64,000 nt of DNA from Takakia lepidozioides (Eukaryota > Plantae > Bryophyta). The DNA lies in assembly GCA_030704615.1 (NCBI GenBank), contig CM060731.1:86428001-86492000 (forward strand). Direction: 5' to 3'. A program made the translations under genes and the position numbers. Position 1 is the first letter of the stretch, and each line of letters begins with the position of its first letter. The notes beneath the pieces are model-generated. The model made no database searches, had not been told where the DNA came from, and saw nothing but the letters and a program-made list of their open reading frames with translations. Of this stretch, positions 23,312 through 36,070 are shown piece by piece.

Positions 23312-26300
23312 AGACATACAAATTTAGCCCAGCATCTGTCAACATTTACAACGAAACCATCCTTTCTGAGCCGCCTGAGTATTGAGCAAACTTTACTGGA
23401 AGGCCAAAGTTATGATGTGTACGTTTCCTCCACCCCCACCTCTCCTGGTGCTGCTGTTCATCCTTTAAAGCTCTTCTTTACCTTGGATGTGACATTCCAT
23501 TTCATTTTAATTCGTTGTTTACTAGCTCTCACATAGATATGCAGTGCTTTCTCTGTGGCCTCAGGCCCCCTCCCCTTTGTACGAGGTTTTTCATTTTTTC
23601 TGGCCTTTGAATCTATATGGCGGAGCTGAACGGACCCTTTGAAAAAATGAACATACATACATAGATGGTTAGTAAGACGGGTGTCTCTTTCCCCCCCCAA
23701 AAGGGAAAAGAACATGAACCGACAGTCGCCACATCGCTTTCCAAAGTTTGAGAAGCTTGTGACTACACGAAAACTTCTGTGATTGCTTCAGTCTTAATTA
23801 AGGAGTTACTATCTGCATAAAATTGATGCCAGAGTTGAGGGATTTCTAAGAATATCTCGATGCAGAGTTAGTCCACTACTGAAGCAAGCATTCTGCTATG
23901 GCCTGCATTTTGCTCTCCTCCCTCCCCTTTTGCCACCTCTCTCCCTTTCCAGCCTTGTCCAAATGCAAAGGGTCTGTGATTGAAGACTCCGGCAATGGAA
24001 GTCTAATGAGTATATGATCAGGTCTCTGCCGTTTTCTGTCAACAGCGTAACAGGCTGTGCAGCTCCTACGTGTCTATGGATATAAATATGCTCAAAATGT
24101 AGAATGAAAAATTCAATCCTGACTTGGCCTTCTTGTTCGCCTTCTTGTTCTGAGCAGCTCATACGAGTCCGTGGAGGAGTTGATACAGAGACAAGAGCCG
24201 CTGGTCAGTGTGTTGCGTCTTCTCATCCTACTCTCACTGACTAGTGGTGGCCTTCCCAAGAAACACTTCGATTATTTCAGGTGCAGAACTCATAAGTACT
24301 AGTTCTCATCGGAAGTTTCATCTCTGACAACACACACATGTCCTCCTCCCTCTCTTATCGTTATGAATGGAATGTAACTTGTTATCTATCTACTCATGCA
24401 GGTTGGGGGTGGGGTGCCAGGTACAGAGATTCAGTTGTGGTTGAGTGTTTGTGTTTGTGTGTGGTCCTTGACAGGGACAAGATATGGGTTGTTGCAGGAG
24501 GGAGGTGCTTCATAGCTATGGATTTGAACACATGTTCACTCTCAACAACCTGGAGAAAGCTGGTCTACTTAAAAAGCAGGTGTGTTCTTCATTGAGATAC
24601 TGTCAGAACAGATTTGTGTAGACCCCAGAAAGGTGTCATATCAGTGAGGAGTGAAAAGGTTAGAGACTGGTTGGCATCAATTTTACTCAGATGACGTCAA
24701 GACCTGTTGTGGGCGAGCCAAACATCTTTAATGTATTGAATCATCCATCCTCATGCGATTTCCGTATGTTGAAATTGGGAAGATTTGCGTTGCAGGAGGC
24801 AAAGAGTAATTGGGCAACGATCAAGAAGGGGTTTAAATTGGTGGTGGAAGATATCGATGATATCAAGTAAGTCTGCACTTGTCATTCCAACCTGACAAAT
24901 ATGTATGGAGTTTTGGTCTACCAAAGTTTAGTGGTGGCAAGAGTGACTGTCCAGGTGACTCAGATGAAACTAAATGCTTTCTTTCATAGTCTATGCTCTA
25001 AAATGTTGTGCTTAGCATCATGGAAGTCCCAGTCCATCAGTGCTTTTTTCTCTGGCAAATTTTCCCTGGAAAATGACTCAGCTACTTGTACAAAGGAATT
25101 ATGGGGGGTAGAATCCGAAAAATTCACCAAAAAACGCCAGTTGAATATCAGGAGCCTGATTGTGCCATCATGGACCCATGCCACCTGTTATATAGCCACG
25201 TTTCTAACCCTGTCACCTCGTTATTCTCGCCATGTGCGCTGGGTAGAATTCACATGTGGCCCCTCTGGTGACTTTTGAAAAATGAAAAAAAAAAAAAACA
25301 ACTGCAGTCCATAGACCAGCTACTATTTTGTGATGATTGCGAAGTATATGGCCTTATTTGGGCTTTTGAAGGGCGTGACATGAGCAGTCCAAATGACATA
25401 GCCTACGTCTACTCTGGATATGCGCCATTGAGCATTCGCCTTGTGCAGCATGCCCTCAAAGGTGGCTGGTATGTTCACTTTCATTGGATGCTGGAGATTT
25501 CATGTTGTTCATGAGTCGTCTTTGGGTGTCTCTATTGACCTTCTCAGCATGTCCAGGTCCAACAAATGAACATTGCCAATGTTCCTTCCCATCATATGCT
25601 CGTAATTCAATTGCCTTAATGTCTGTTTTGTTGCAGGAGATCAATTGAGGAACTAGTGCGATTGCTTCCTGGACCCTCATTTGAGAAGAGACAAGTGGGT
25701 GCCTTTCTTTGCTTCAGACTCTTATTCAAGTGGCAGGTCACGGAGGGACTGAACTTTAAGAGGCTTAAGTTACTATAGAGTCTGTGACTTCTGATTGTTA
25801 TAGTGATGGAACCCATTTGCTGAGAATACCACTTGTTGTATTTTGCTGGCTCATACAGGGTGAAAATGCTGGCGGTCCCTCACCAGAGCCTACACTTGAG
25901 AGCTCTCCAGCACCTGACAGGTACTCCTTTTAGCTGTCACATGCTGTATTTCCTAATGGATCCCGTTGGCTTCTATAATTCCATCCTTTCTTTTTGGTTC
26001 TTTTTTCATTTTTTGCTCGGAAAGGGGGAGAATCAGACATTCTCTTTCTTCCCTCGGTCCTTTCCCTGGGACGGAATTAATCTCTTTCCTTTTTCTTTTT
26101 CTTTTTCCTCTCGTGTTCCTGTCTCTCCCTGCCAGGTCTACTTCTGAGTACCCTCCTCGTTTTCACCCATGCTGAATGATTCATGATGGCATTAAAAAAA
26201 TTTGCTGATTTGTTGCTGGGTTGAGCTTTCAGGAGGGGATGAAGTACGATTTCGTAGTGGGAACCACAAAGCTCATCAACGGTTCTGGCTTGTTGAAGAC

Positions 26301-26328
26301 TCTCATCGATGATCCTTCTGCTTCATAA
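23312..26328 (+). pseudogene. VPS33: Vacuolar protein sorting 33 (Sec1/Munc18 family), 3' exons only
   Basis: RHTNLAQHLSTFT; QEPLVSVLRLLILLSLTSGGLPKKHFDYF; [24 protein letters not shown]; PNDIAYVYSGYAPLSIRLVQHA; LLPGP; YDFVVGTTKLING..*. The N-terminal half and the GGVTxAEISALR exon were not found. Confidence 0.88.
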
Positions 26329-28275
26329 CAGAGCACAGCCTTCTACATCATCCCACTTCTCCATAGCATAAACTTATCTTTAGGACCCTGGCAAGAAGCA
26401 AGGTTTCAAATACTCAATGAACACCTAGTTGAAGATTTTCGTTGTCAGTCAATAGATGCAAGCATGTATCGTGTTACACATAATTCTCGTACTGTTGACA
26501 GAAGTGAAGTGTCCATTATGAGGATGCCTTTGTACCAGTTTTACAGTCTTTTGAGGCTGTTGTTCCGCACAAGAGAAGACTCTTAGTGAAATATCTGGGT
26601 ATATAAACTGTCCATGAAGAATGCGGGGCATCTGTGTTCTGTAAATGGAGGTGATGTAAGTATTGCACCCCTCTAGTAGTTTGCATACTCAATGTCAGTA
26701 ATAGGCAAGTGGCAAAACCACTCTGGCTTGATCTTGCTTGGCGGAGTGTCATGGTGCAACATTGACACTTTGTGCAGAATTTTTTGGCCGCACTTAAAAC
26801 AAAATGCTTGCAGCCTTCTGGGACTGGTTTGTTTGCCCTCCTTTCAAGGGCCTTGAATTGTGACTGTTCCTGGTATGCCAACTAATAAATAAAAAGACAT
26901 ATGAACACACAAAAAACAAAATTAGACCTGACTATGTCACCCTGAGTATTTATAGAGATTTGTCACCACACGGCAGAAACTTTGGGGGGACTACACAAAT
27001 AGCAATCCCAATTTGCTCTGATTCCATGCTTGCGAAAAACAGACCATGTGTAGACAAAACAAAGCATGTATTTTGCACATTTGTTACAGCCTTGGATGAC
27101 ATTTTGTTATTGAATATTAGCAAGTGCATAGTGTTGGATACCACTTCTAGTCAATATTGTTGACAAGTTTCTACGCGCAATCGCCGCAACAGCCACGCAA
27201 TTACATGCATGCGCAACTCAGTGTGACCTTGACTGCCATAGTCAGCACTTAAACAATATCAACCTTTCTTTAATCCAATACGGACACCATATTAGCGCGC
27301 TTCACATTCCTCATATTCTCTAGGCAAATGTGGTGTGAGAAAACACCAGGAGTCCTCATGGGCTTTGATGGGTTGAATATGATAAACCATGGCTCAAAAG
27401 ACTTTATTGAGTTATTGACTGCGTCATGGAAAAAGAAAAAGAAAAAGAACAGAAGTAAACTAAATAAAAATATCTTCTGGCAAACCTTCAAAAATCTAGA
27501 TTGCCAAGTTCTTTTGTGGTGATCACAAAGAGATGAAAACAACAGAATAAAGATTGTTAACATCCAGCAAATTTAGTAGAGCCAGTAGTCCTCAATGAGA
27601 AAATTAGTTGCAATTTTGCAGGTATGAATGTTGTCATCATACTTCAGAATCATAAGTTAGTTCAGATGAACGAAAACTCTAATAACCCATACTGTATAGC
27701 TACCTTCAGCAACAAATAGTACTGTAAATGCAGGATATTTTTTTGAAAGCGCCAAGTTTGAGAAGGCATATTCATTTACCATTTCATTTCCTTCTTTCCT
27801 TCTCCCTGTAGCTTATTCATAGTTTCTCTATATATGGAGGGAGATGGATTGCCCAATATTTGTCTGGCCATGCTTAAGTACCTTGACATCATGTGTATAG
27901 TCTAAGATTTTCTTGTCCGCTATAGCGAATTGCCTGGAAAGAGTGCTAATCAAAGTCAGTCTTGGTATCTGCAAAAGGGTTCGGCCTTTGAATTTTGTTT
28001 CATACCCGAAACCGCCGGGTATCAAAATTCGGAATACCCGAAGTCCTCAATGGATTTAAGTTAATTTAGACTTGGAGCTTTGAGACATTATCATTGTTGA
28101 TAAGCTAACAAGTTTTTAAAAATAAAAAATAAAAAATAAAATTTAACAAGTTCAAATCTTGATAAGCAGATTGATCTCTGACAATTATCAAGCAGGACTA
28201 GATTGCTACCCGGTTCTATATTAAGAACCAACACTCTAAATTATTTTGTACAGATTGATAATTAGTCCAGTATGA

Positions 28276-28713
28276 CCAGCAGTCGGTAGCTCAGTTTTAT
28301 AGAGCATTGAGTGCCACCCAGGTGATTCTAAGCTCAAATCCTGCTACCTCTTCAGGTGTGATATAATCGTCTAATCCCCTTTCCCTTGGGCGGGTCCCTT
28401 GAGCCTTGTGTGCGCACCCCATGGCGAGCTTACTTTGAAAGAGGTTATTTCGTTATATCTCCTCTCACTGTAACTAATGGGCCTGATTTGTGAGCGGTCG
28501 CTCCTGGGTGTTTCCCTTTAGAAAAAGTATGTAGTGCTACTCCCCTGGATCTTTTCTGGTCTGGGCGTTGCCCTCTTTTCCTCCTTGATCTCTGGGTTAT
28601 TGGTTTCCTTCATGGCTCTTGTAAGGTTATTTTTTCCTTACCTTTTAATAAAGTTTTACAGGGCTACAATCCCCCTGTTCTCTATTTAAAAAGAAAAAAG
28701 AAAAAAAAGAAAA
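28276..28713 (+). mobile_element. Full-length tRNA-derived SINE (about 440 bp) with A-rich tail and 7-bp TSD
   Basis: Head GGTAGCTCAGTT...GTGCCAC...GCTCAAATCC; AATAAA and an A-rich tail at about 28688-28713; AGTATGA at 28269-28275 and 28714-28720. Confidence 0.88.
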
Positions 28714-29671
28714 AGTATGAAACATTAAGATTTGGTTCATGTAATAGATAGAACACCCTTGTAACATATTTCCATCTTCTGCAACAACAATAGCACACCA
28801 CAAGTTTGAGAACATATATATTCATTACACAAACTATTTGAGCGGAGAAGATGGATAGTTACGAGTTCGGACTAGCTCATTATAGCAAACCAAGATAAAA
28901 GATGGTCACTAATGTGCCAGGGTCGGTCTGAGTCGGAATCCCACGTACATATATCCCATACTGTAAGCGTTTATTTTGGGAAACTTTCCCGTTAGATGTT
29001 CGAAAATTTGAAAAGCGCGTGGAGAGAAGGAGCAGCGAGGAGCTCACTGCGAACTTGCGGCGGCGGTCGACAAACAAACAAACAAAGAGATCGCTTTGAC
29101 AATTGTGGGGGATTTCCCTGCAGCCTCCTCCCGCGATTCCGTTTGGGGGACTTTAGTGCCTCCAACGGACTCTTGTGCAGTCTTTCGGACTTGTGCACTT
29201 TCTTAAACATGGTAGCACCACTTGCGATGCGGGGGCGTTAGGCTGCTTTCCACATCCCTAGTACGCCAACAAAATCTAGAGAGTAAGCCAAAGTCCGGCC
29301 TCTTCGGGACGCATGTCGGTACAACGAGGGTTTGAATGGTTGAATGTTGACAAATTGAAAATGAGTGCCTCTTCCTTTGTGAGGGTGATCCAGAAGCCTG
29401 GTGATTTCTAAGAACCTGAGAACATGCGACACTGCGAGGAAACCCTGGCAGGGTATCCGCATACAACGTGGGTCTGGCGGAGTGTCCCAGTGGTGGTGGG
29501 CCAATGACACACTTGCGAAAGACCCGGTGACCGGGTCCCGCGGCAATCTTCCCAGGGCTGCTTGCCTACAAACGTCCCCTCGATACTTTCCCTCCGACTG
29601 CAGTTTCTCAGGGGAATTCTGATCTACCTTAATCTAGACCCAGCTCGATCTGCTTGCAAGTTGGACTCACA

Positions 29672-30032
29672 GAAAGAAAGAGGAGCGACCAGTACTGAAA
29701 AGGTCTACTAGAGTCTAGTAAAATCCATCCTCCGCTGTTGTGAACAGTGAGACGTAGTCTTTCAGTGGTCTGCCCGATTGTCACAGAGAGCCTGAAGTTC
29801 TCGCGGGTCTGAGCTCGCATGATACGGTCCTGCAAAGTTGTCGCTCAATTCTGGAAAGAAAGAGGAGCGACCAGTACTGACAAGGACTAGAGTCTAGTAA
29901 AGTCCATCCTCCGCTGTTGTGAAAGTTCAACTGGTGAGGAGTAGCCTTTCAGTGTTCTGCCCGATTGTCACAGAGAGCCTGAGGTTCTCGCGGGTCTGAG
30001 CTCGCATGATACGGTCCTGCAAAGTTGTCGCT
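29672..30032 (+). repeat. Tandem duplication of about 180 bp upstream of the AP2 gene
   Basis: gaaagaaagaggagcgaccagtactga...cctgcaaagttgtcgct at 29672-29845 and 29854-30032. Confidence 0.9.
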
Positions 30033-30537
30033 GGAGCCTGGAAAGAGTGATAGGATCCGAGGACATATCAGAGAGATTAGAGACAGAGTTTGGAGAGTAC
30101 TACAGCGACGAGGCATTGCGAGAAGAAGGCCTGCCTGAGTACCGTCGTAATTGGGATGTCCAACTGAAAGGAGAGTTAATTGCATAAATCCAATTGCTAG
30201 CACCGCAACCGACAGAGTGGCCAGCAGCTGCAGGTGTATGGAAGTTGAAAGATGAGTGGAGGTTCGATCAGGTATGCTGGATGACAGTTTAGATCATTAG
30301 AGCTCTGGACCAGGAGCTTTACAACTGGTATCAGTTGTGAGACTGCATTCGCATGAGCTGGCCTTGAACAGCTTCGGAGAAGTAACGCCCATCAGTCTCC
30401 CACAGGGCCGGCTCCGACTCGCTTCCAATTGCCCAAAGAAGCGTTATTTACAACTACATAATTTCTTCAGATCTGCGAAGATAACAGATCCGGCCAGCTT
30501 AAGTAGCACTCCTGGGTCGCCAATATTGACCACTCCG

Positions 30538-31932
30538 ATGGCGTCCAGCTCGCGCTGTCAGCTGGATACTAGTGCCTTCCTAGCATACCATACGTACGCC
30601 GAGAATGATCAGATGGAGATTGAAAGTTATACCAACCGAATGTTCCGTTCTAATAGCTATCCACCAATGTTCAGAAGAGCTGATTATGCCGACCAGAATC
30701 TAAACTGGTCCGCATTACTGACGGCAGGAAATCAAGGGCTTCCCAGGAACACCAACTGGGACGCTTCTCTGCGAAACTATAACACGCTCCCAAGGCTGAT
30801 ACGTAGTGGAGTCGTTGACCTCAACACCCAGCGATCCGTCTCAACGAGCGATATTGTTATCACCAACAGTCAGCATCCAGTCCACGCAGCTGGTTCTAGT
30901 TGGAGCAGCTGCAGCTCTGGCAGTAGTACCAGCACCGTGGAGACTGATCAATCCGGGGAAGTACGAGCATCTACTGCTAAACAAGCTAGCAGCTGGCACT
31001 TGTGCATGGTTTGTGGTAAGGAGTTCAAAAATGCGCAGGGCTTGGGTGGTCACATGAGCGTCCACCGGAGAGAAAGAGCTCAGTATGCCAACCCCATGGC
31101 GCTGCCCCGAAGCTCACCTTCTGCTAGCATTATAACTCTTGAGGGGTCCGAAGTGGAATCTATTAGAGTATCCAGGGAAAATAGCTTGCAAGAATCTTTC
31201 GGTCAAGATGGGCTTGTGCAGGAGGCTGGCTTAGCAGTTTCATCCGAAAAGCGACAGGCTTTTCCAATGGGAGACTTCGAGGCTGAAGGCTCCAGTCACA
31301 GATCCAACCATGGATACAAAGGGGTTCGTTATCGCGCACAACAGGGTAAATATGTAGCTGAGATTCGGCCACCCAGGGGAAACAAGACGTTCTGGCTTGG
31401 AACATACTCTACTCCTGAAGAAGCTGCCCGGGCCATCGATGTAGGAATAATCTACTTCGGAAATGATACGCCCTTAAACTTTCCAGACTCTCCACTTTAT
31501 CGAAATCTGCCAGTCATTCCCCCGGGCCTTCCTCGTGGAGATCTCGCTGCTGCCCTCCGGCATGTGGCGAAATCTGTTGAATCCGAGGAAGCTAGGACGG
31601 GTGCACTAGCAATGCAGATGGTCAGAAGGGGTTCAACGAGCACAGCAATGACAGAGATGGTAGATCATCTCCTCAGCGACAGTCATCTCCCAGAAAATGT
31701 AGTGGAGGGATCAGTGAGCCACATGGATAGTCCAGGACCCCACTGGGACCAGCATATGACGACAGTGCCAGAATTCAGTTATAAATCTAGTGATTCGATG
31801 TTCCCATTTGACAACGCCGGCAATGCGCCCATGGACTCGGAAGCTCTAGTACATATAGACTTTGATTCCATTGATTTTGAAGAGTTCAGGTCGATAATTG
31901 AAAAATTTGAGAGAAGTAATAGAGTAGATTAA
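30538..31932 (+). CDS. Intronless transcription factor with a C2H2 zinc finger (QGLGGH) and an AP2/ERF domain
   Basis: Open frame from 30337, first ATG at 30538. CMVCGKEFKNAQGLGGHMSVH (31003-31065); YKGVRYRAQQGKYVAEIR...FWLGTYSTPEEAARAID...LNFP (31315-31485); acidic C-terminus. Confidence 0.9.
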   Translation: MASSSRCQLDTSAFLAYHTYAENDQMEIESYTNRMFRSNSYPPMFRRADYADQNLNWSALLTAGNQGLPRNTNWDASLRNYNTLPRLIRSGVVDLNTQRSVSTSDIVITNSQHPVHAAGSSWSSCSSGSSTSTVETDQSGEVRASTAKQASSWHLCMVCGKEFKNAQGLGGHMSVHRRERAQYANPMALPRSSPSASIITLEGSEVESIRVSRENSLQESFGQDGLVQEAGLAVSSEKRQAFPMGDFEAEGSSHRSNHGYKGVRYRAQQGKYVAEIRPPRGNKTFWLGTYSTPEEAARAIDVGIIYFGNDTPLNFPDSPLYRNLPVIPPGLPRGDLAAALRHVAKSVESEEARTGALAMQMVRRGSTSTAMTEMVDHLLSDSHLPENVVEGSVSHMDSPGPHWDQHMTTVPEFSYKSSDSMFPFDNAGNAPMDSEALVHIDFDSIDFEEFRSIIEKFERSNRVD

Positions 31933-32060
31933 AATCTCACCACCCAACCTTGGAAGCCTACCGTCTGTCCGTCGTCAGTGGCTGAAGTCACTCCCGAACT
32001 TATTAATTATATGTACAAGAGACTTCTCGTAGAGGCATTCCTCTTGAAATCATGAATATC

Positions 32061-33130
32061 TGTTCGGATTCCCCTATAGCTGCTCTAGATCATCTGAGAT
32101 GATTACATATGAATAACTGCTTTTGAATCCTACCTTGCCACGCAGTTAGGTCATGAATAATCAATCTTGTCGAGTACTTGTGAACGATCATCTGTGTCCT
32201 CCATGATGTGAGAGCGCTCAGATTTGCAGCAAAGGTCGTGGATCAAGTCAATTGTAACAGCTAGGAAAGCACAGAATTTAAGACAAATAGCAGGAATCAA
32301 GTACATGTGCCACCAAGTGAAGTATCTTTTCCATTGCACCTGTAGTCCTGATCTTATACATGAGGTCTCTAGCTCGGCGCAACTACATCAGTGCCAGCTA
32401 AGTAGGAGGTCACCGTCACCGTCACTTACTAGCTGTGAGATCCTTCCCGCTAGAACTCCTACAAATCAGCACTGCATATCAAGTGGCTGCCTTTCTACCC
32501 TATCAATTGACCACTTACTTTACTGCCAACACTCCCACTAAGTGATCAATTCAAAATGGTCTGGTATCCCATGATCTTCATACACCTTGAGTGCTTTGGC
32601 CCTGGAACAGCTTTGGTTAAGATGTCTGCAACCATCTCGGTAGCTGGACAACACTCAAAATGAAATTGCTCCCACATTCATCATCTCTAGCACATAATGA
32701 TGTTGAATGACTATGTGCTTCGCTCTGAAATGATGAATCGGATTCTTGATCACCGACAAACACGTCACCCTTGACTGTCTGACAATATCAAGGTGCTTTT
32801 CTCTTGAGTGAACCCGAGCTCGCCAAGGAGGCTTCACGAGTAACCACATGGCCTCCCTCGTAGCTTGTGAGGCAGCCATGTACTCTGGCCTCGATTGTGG
32901 AAAGTGCAACCCGTCTCCGTGAGGACCAACTCACTGCCCCACTGCTTAGAGAAAACAGGTAGCTAGTTGTAGACTTCCTTGTGTCCACCCCAATCTGAAC
33001 ATGACAAAATCAAGGATTATTTCGTCAATAGCTTTGTGTACTGCAGCCAACAATCCTTCGTTCCTTGAAGGTACCTGAAGATTCTCTTCACAACTCGCCA
33101 ATCCTCTCCTCTAGTATTATGGCACTCTAT
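32061..33130 (-). mobile_element. Ty1/Copia remnant: RT end/RNase H, PPT and probable 3' LTR (32061-32531)
   Basis: VVKRIFRYLQGT, RKSTTSYLF...VSWSS, EYMA, AKHI, MVADILTK; AGTGGGAG followed by TGTTG on the minus strand at 32531. Left LTR boundary is tentative. Confidence 0.85.
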
Positions 33131-33429
33131 GTAATCTGAACGGTTTCTGGGTGGAAAGGATATGGGGTTGGTTGAATGACAGGTGGGGGAAAAGGCAGTG
33201 CCATGTGAAGGCCTTGAGAGGCAACTGCCAGCTTTAAGTGGTTGGTCACCTGTACACGAGGAAGAAGGACCGTTCTGGCAGGGACGAGCGAGCAGGGGAG
33301 AAGACGAGTCGGGAAGATGATATGGGGGACGCTCGAATTTGATAGAACTATGTGCAGGAAATAGGGCACGGCGTGGTGGCTGGGTGGACCGGAAGTGGTA
33401 TCCGGTGTTGTGCATGTAGTGCTTTTTGA

Positions 33430-34439
33430 ATCAGGGCTCACTGCTGGCTTTTGTAGATGCTAGAGACAAGGTAGTTCTTCCCTTGAATAAAAGATTCTTT
33501 GTAAGGAAAGCCTGTGAATATGCTTCCATCAAGGACAAGTTGAAACGTTACTGGACTGGAATGGTGTCTGTCACAATCTGAGTTTTTGAAAGAGTTGTTT
33601 TAAGTGGTATTAGAGCCATCTGAGCGATAGGGTAGAATCGAGTCGGGCGATATATGAGCCGACTGTCGTTTGGCTCGGAGAACGACGTGCAGTTAAGTTC
33701 TTACGGAAACTCCTACTAGATGGAGCGTTTTGACGTAGGAACCGAACTGTCTCACGACGTTCTAGGGCAGTTCTCAACGTAAGGAAGGTCATGAGAATCA
33801 GCTTTTCTCGAATGCACAGATGGAAGCTCTAGGCGCACTCATTGGGTCCGAGGTCCAGAAACTCATACCTACAAAAGAGCGATCTAGTACAAAGAGAACC
33901 AAAGGTGAATCGCGAAGCCAGCAAGCTGAATCCCACTCTGACGTAAGCTCCTTGGAAATTAAGGCAAAGAGGAGCAAGGATGTTACTCGTAAAATCAAGC
34001 GAATGGTGAAGCTGCCTGGAATTTGTGAGTAAGACCTCTGTCAAGCCAGAGGAAATCCTATCATTTCTAGAAACACTCGAGGAATTCTTTGAGGAAGATT
34101 ACCTGAAGAGGCTAAGATTAGAACGGCAACCCTACAGCTCCGAGATGCAGCAAAATTGTGGTGGTCTCGTCAGAAGAAAAAACGCCGTGAACATGACAAA
34201 CCCCCAATTGATACGTGGGAGAAATTTAGATCGTCATTCTTGGCTCACTACCTCCCTGGAAATTTCGCTCACAACATGAAGGTTGAACTCTTCACACTGA
34301 AACAAGAGAATTCAAGTGTGGTTGAGTTCAAGACCAAATTTGAAATGCATGCCAACTATTTTCCAACTCTAAGTGAGGATGATAGGGTGGATTTCTTCGT
34401 TGATGGCCTGAATGACTCTATGAAGTTTAAGGTCAAGGC
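33430..34439 (+). mobile_element. Outer Ty3/Gypsy element, 5' part: LTR end, tRNA-Met PBS, gag N-terminus
   Basis: TGGTATTAGAGCC at 33605; WWSR...TWEKFRSSFLAHYLP...LKQ...FVDGL...KVKA, interrupted after the AAGGC TSD. Confidence 0.8.
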
Positions 34440-35165
34440 TGTCGCGCACCTCACTTCGGTAAGCTCCCCTTCAAGTCATAGTTACTCGCTTTGATGCGCG
34501 CGCCTAACTCCCAACTTGTCCGCCGGACCAACTCGGAGCTTCGGCTGCTCACCGGGACATAACGGTCCCCCTTTACTCTTCCAAAAGACCCTCCACCAAT
34601 TTGGGCCTAGTGGAAATTCCCTTTGGTAGATGGCAGTCCGGATTAGCTCCCCACTCCTTGGTCGCTTTCCGGCTCGCTTGCTTACTCACTAGTTTTTGGT
34701 CACCAACGGGCTTGCACCGTTCTCGGGGTTACTACTCCCTATATATACTTCTGTGACTGTCCGCGGGGGTTTCACAAACAACCATGCCATTTTATGGCGA
34801 ACCACCACGAAGACCCTCGACTTCCGGTGATGAGTCGTGGTGAGTCTTGGCCCACCCACCTCGGCCCCATTGGACCGTGATGAGTCCCAAGACTCCTCAC
34901 GACTCCCACCACAAGGTCTCCGCCCCATGGTGAGTCCTATGCCACCCCCACTAAGTCCCGCTAAGCTACCACCACCCCTTGTGGAGCCACCCCCACCGCA
35001 ACCCGGTGTGCGGAGCTCCACCTAGTGAGCGCCTCCGCCTCCTTGAGTGCTTTGGGCACTCAAGGGTGCTTCAGCCCCCCATACCTATCGTTGCCACTGC
35101 CCCCACCACAGGGGCAGCCCCTCCTGCGTCTCGACCCCCTGCCCTCAAGGCAAAGGGCCGCGACA
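34440..35165 (-). repeat. Chromovirus 3' LTR
   Basis: TG...CA with 7-bp inverted termini; PPT-like TAGGGGTGTG adjacent; its terminal 30 bp match 51647-51676. Confidence 0.85.
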
Positions 35166-36070
35166 CACACCCCTACCAACAGGGAGTCGATGTCCTCATC
35201 GATTTGTCCATTTTGTAGAAACGAACATCCAAGTTGTGGCGTCCAACATCAAGGAGTTTGTTTCCGTACCATGGCGTCCCATGGCAAAGAACCAAACCCC
35301 ACACTTGACTGTACTCTCCACTAGCTAGTTCGGCCGACTTCCTCCAAGTCCCGGCCAAGGGTGGTGCCTCTCAAGCCCCTCCCAGTGCACTCTTCTTGGC
35401 CTACTTCAAGGCCAAGGAACAATCCTCTCCGAGGATCGAATCGCCTTACTGCAACAACATTGCTTGCGACTGCTCATGATACTGTTTTTGACATCACCTT
35501 GAGCAAGGGTTTACCTCGAACCCTTTTTGACTAGGAAGATAACCTTGAACTAACCATGCGCCCCAATCACTACAATTGGGTCCGCCTTGGAATGTTGGCC
35601 TGAGGTACGGGAACACGCCGAAGCCGCACTACGATTTCGTCCCGAGGCTATACGATTATAGTACGTGAACGGAAGCACGTAGCTTCTACGTTAGCCCGCA
35701 CTACAAGGCAACCCCTTCGGTAGCGCAGTTATAGTACGCGTACGCGCCAGGTGCGCACTAGCACGTGAACTCCCAAGGAAGACGCAAGTTTCCTTGCCCC
35801 TTGGATGGGAGTCACCCGATTTCGGCACTACGCAAATACACGATTAATCCAATTTACCTCTCCTACTTTTGTAAGCTAGCATGCATTCTACACACTAGCC
35901 AACCATACCATGCATCACCATTCCAAACAAAATAGGATGCACCATATTTGGAAACCATTTCATTTATAACAAAATTTGTACAATACAAGTTTTTGCAATC
36001 GGATTCCTGAGCTAGCTAAGCCGGGCTAAGCATGTATTTCCTCCCCCATGATCCAAGGTTGATGTCCCCA

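Noticed and set aside
26449-28025. Short ORFs between VPS33 and the SINE
   Set aside because: No recognisable motifs or consistent exon structure.
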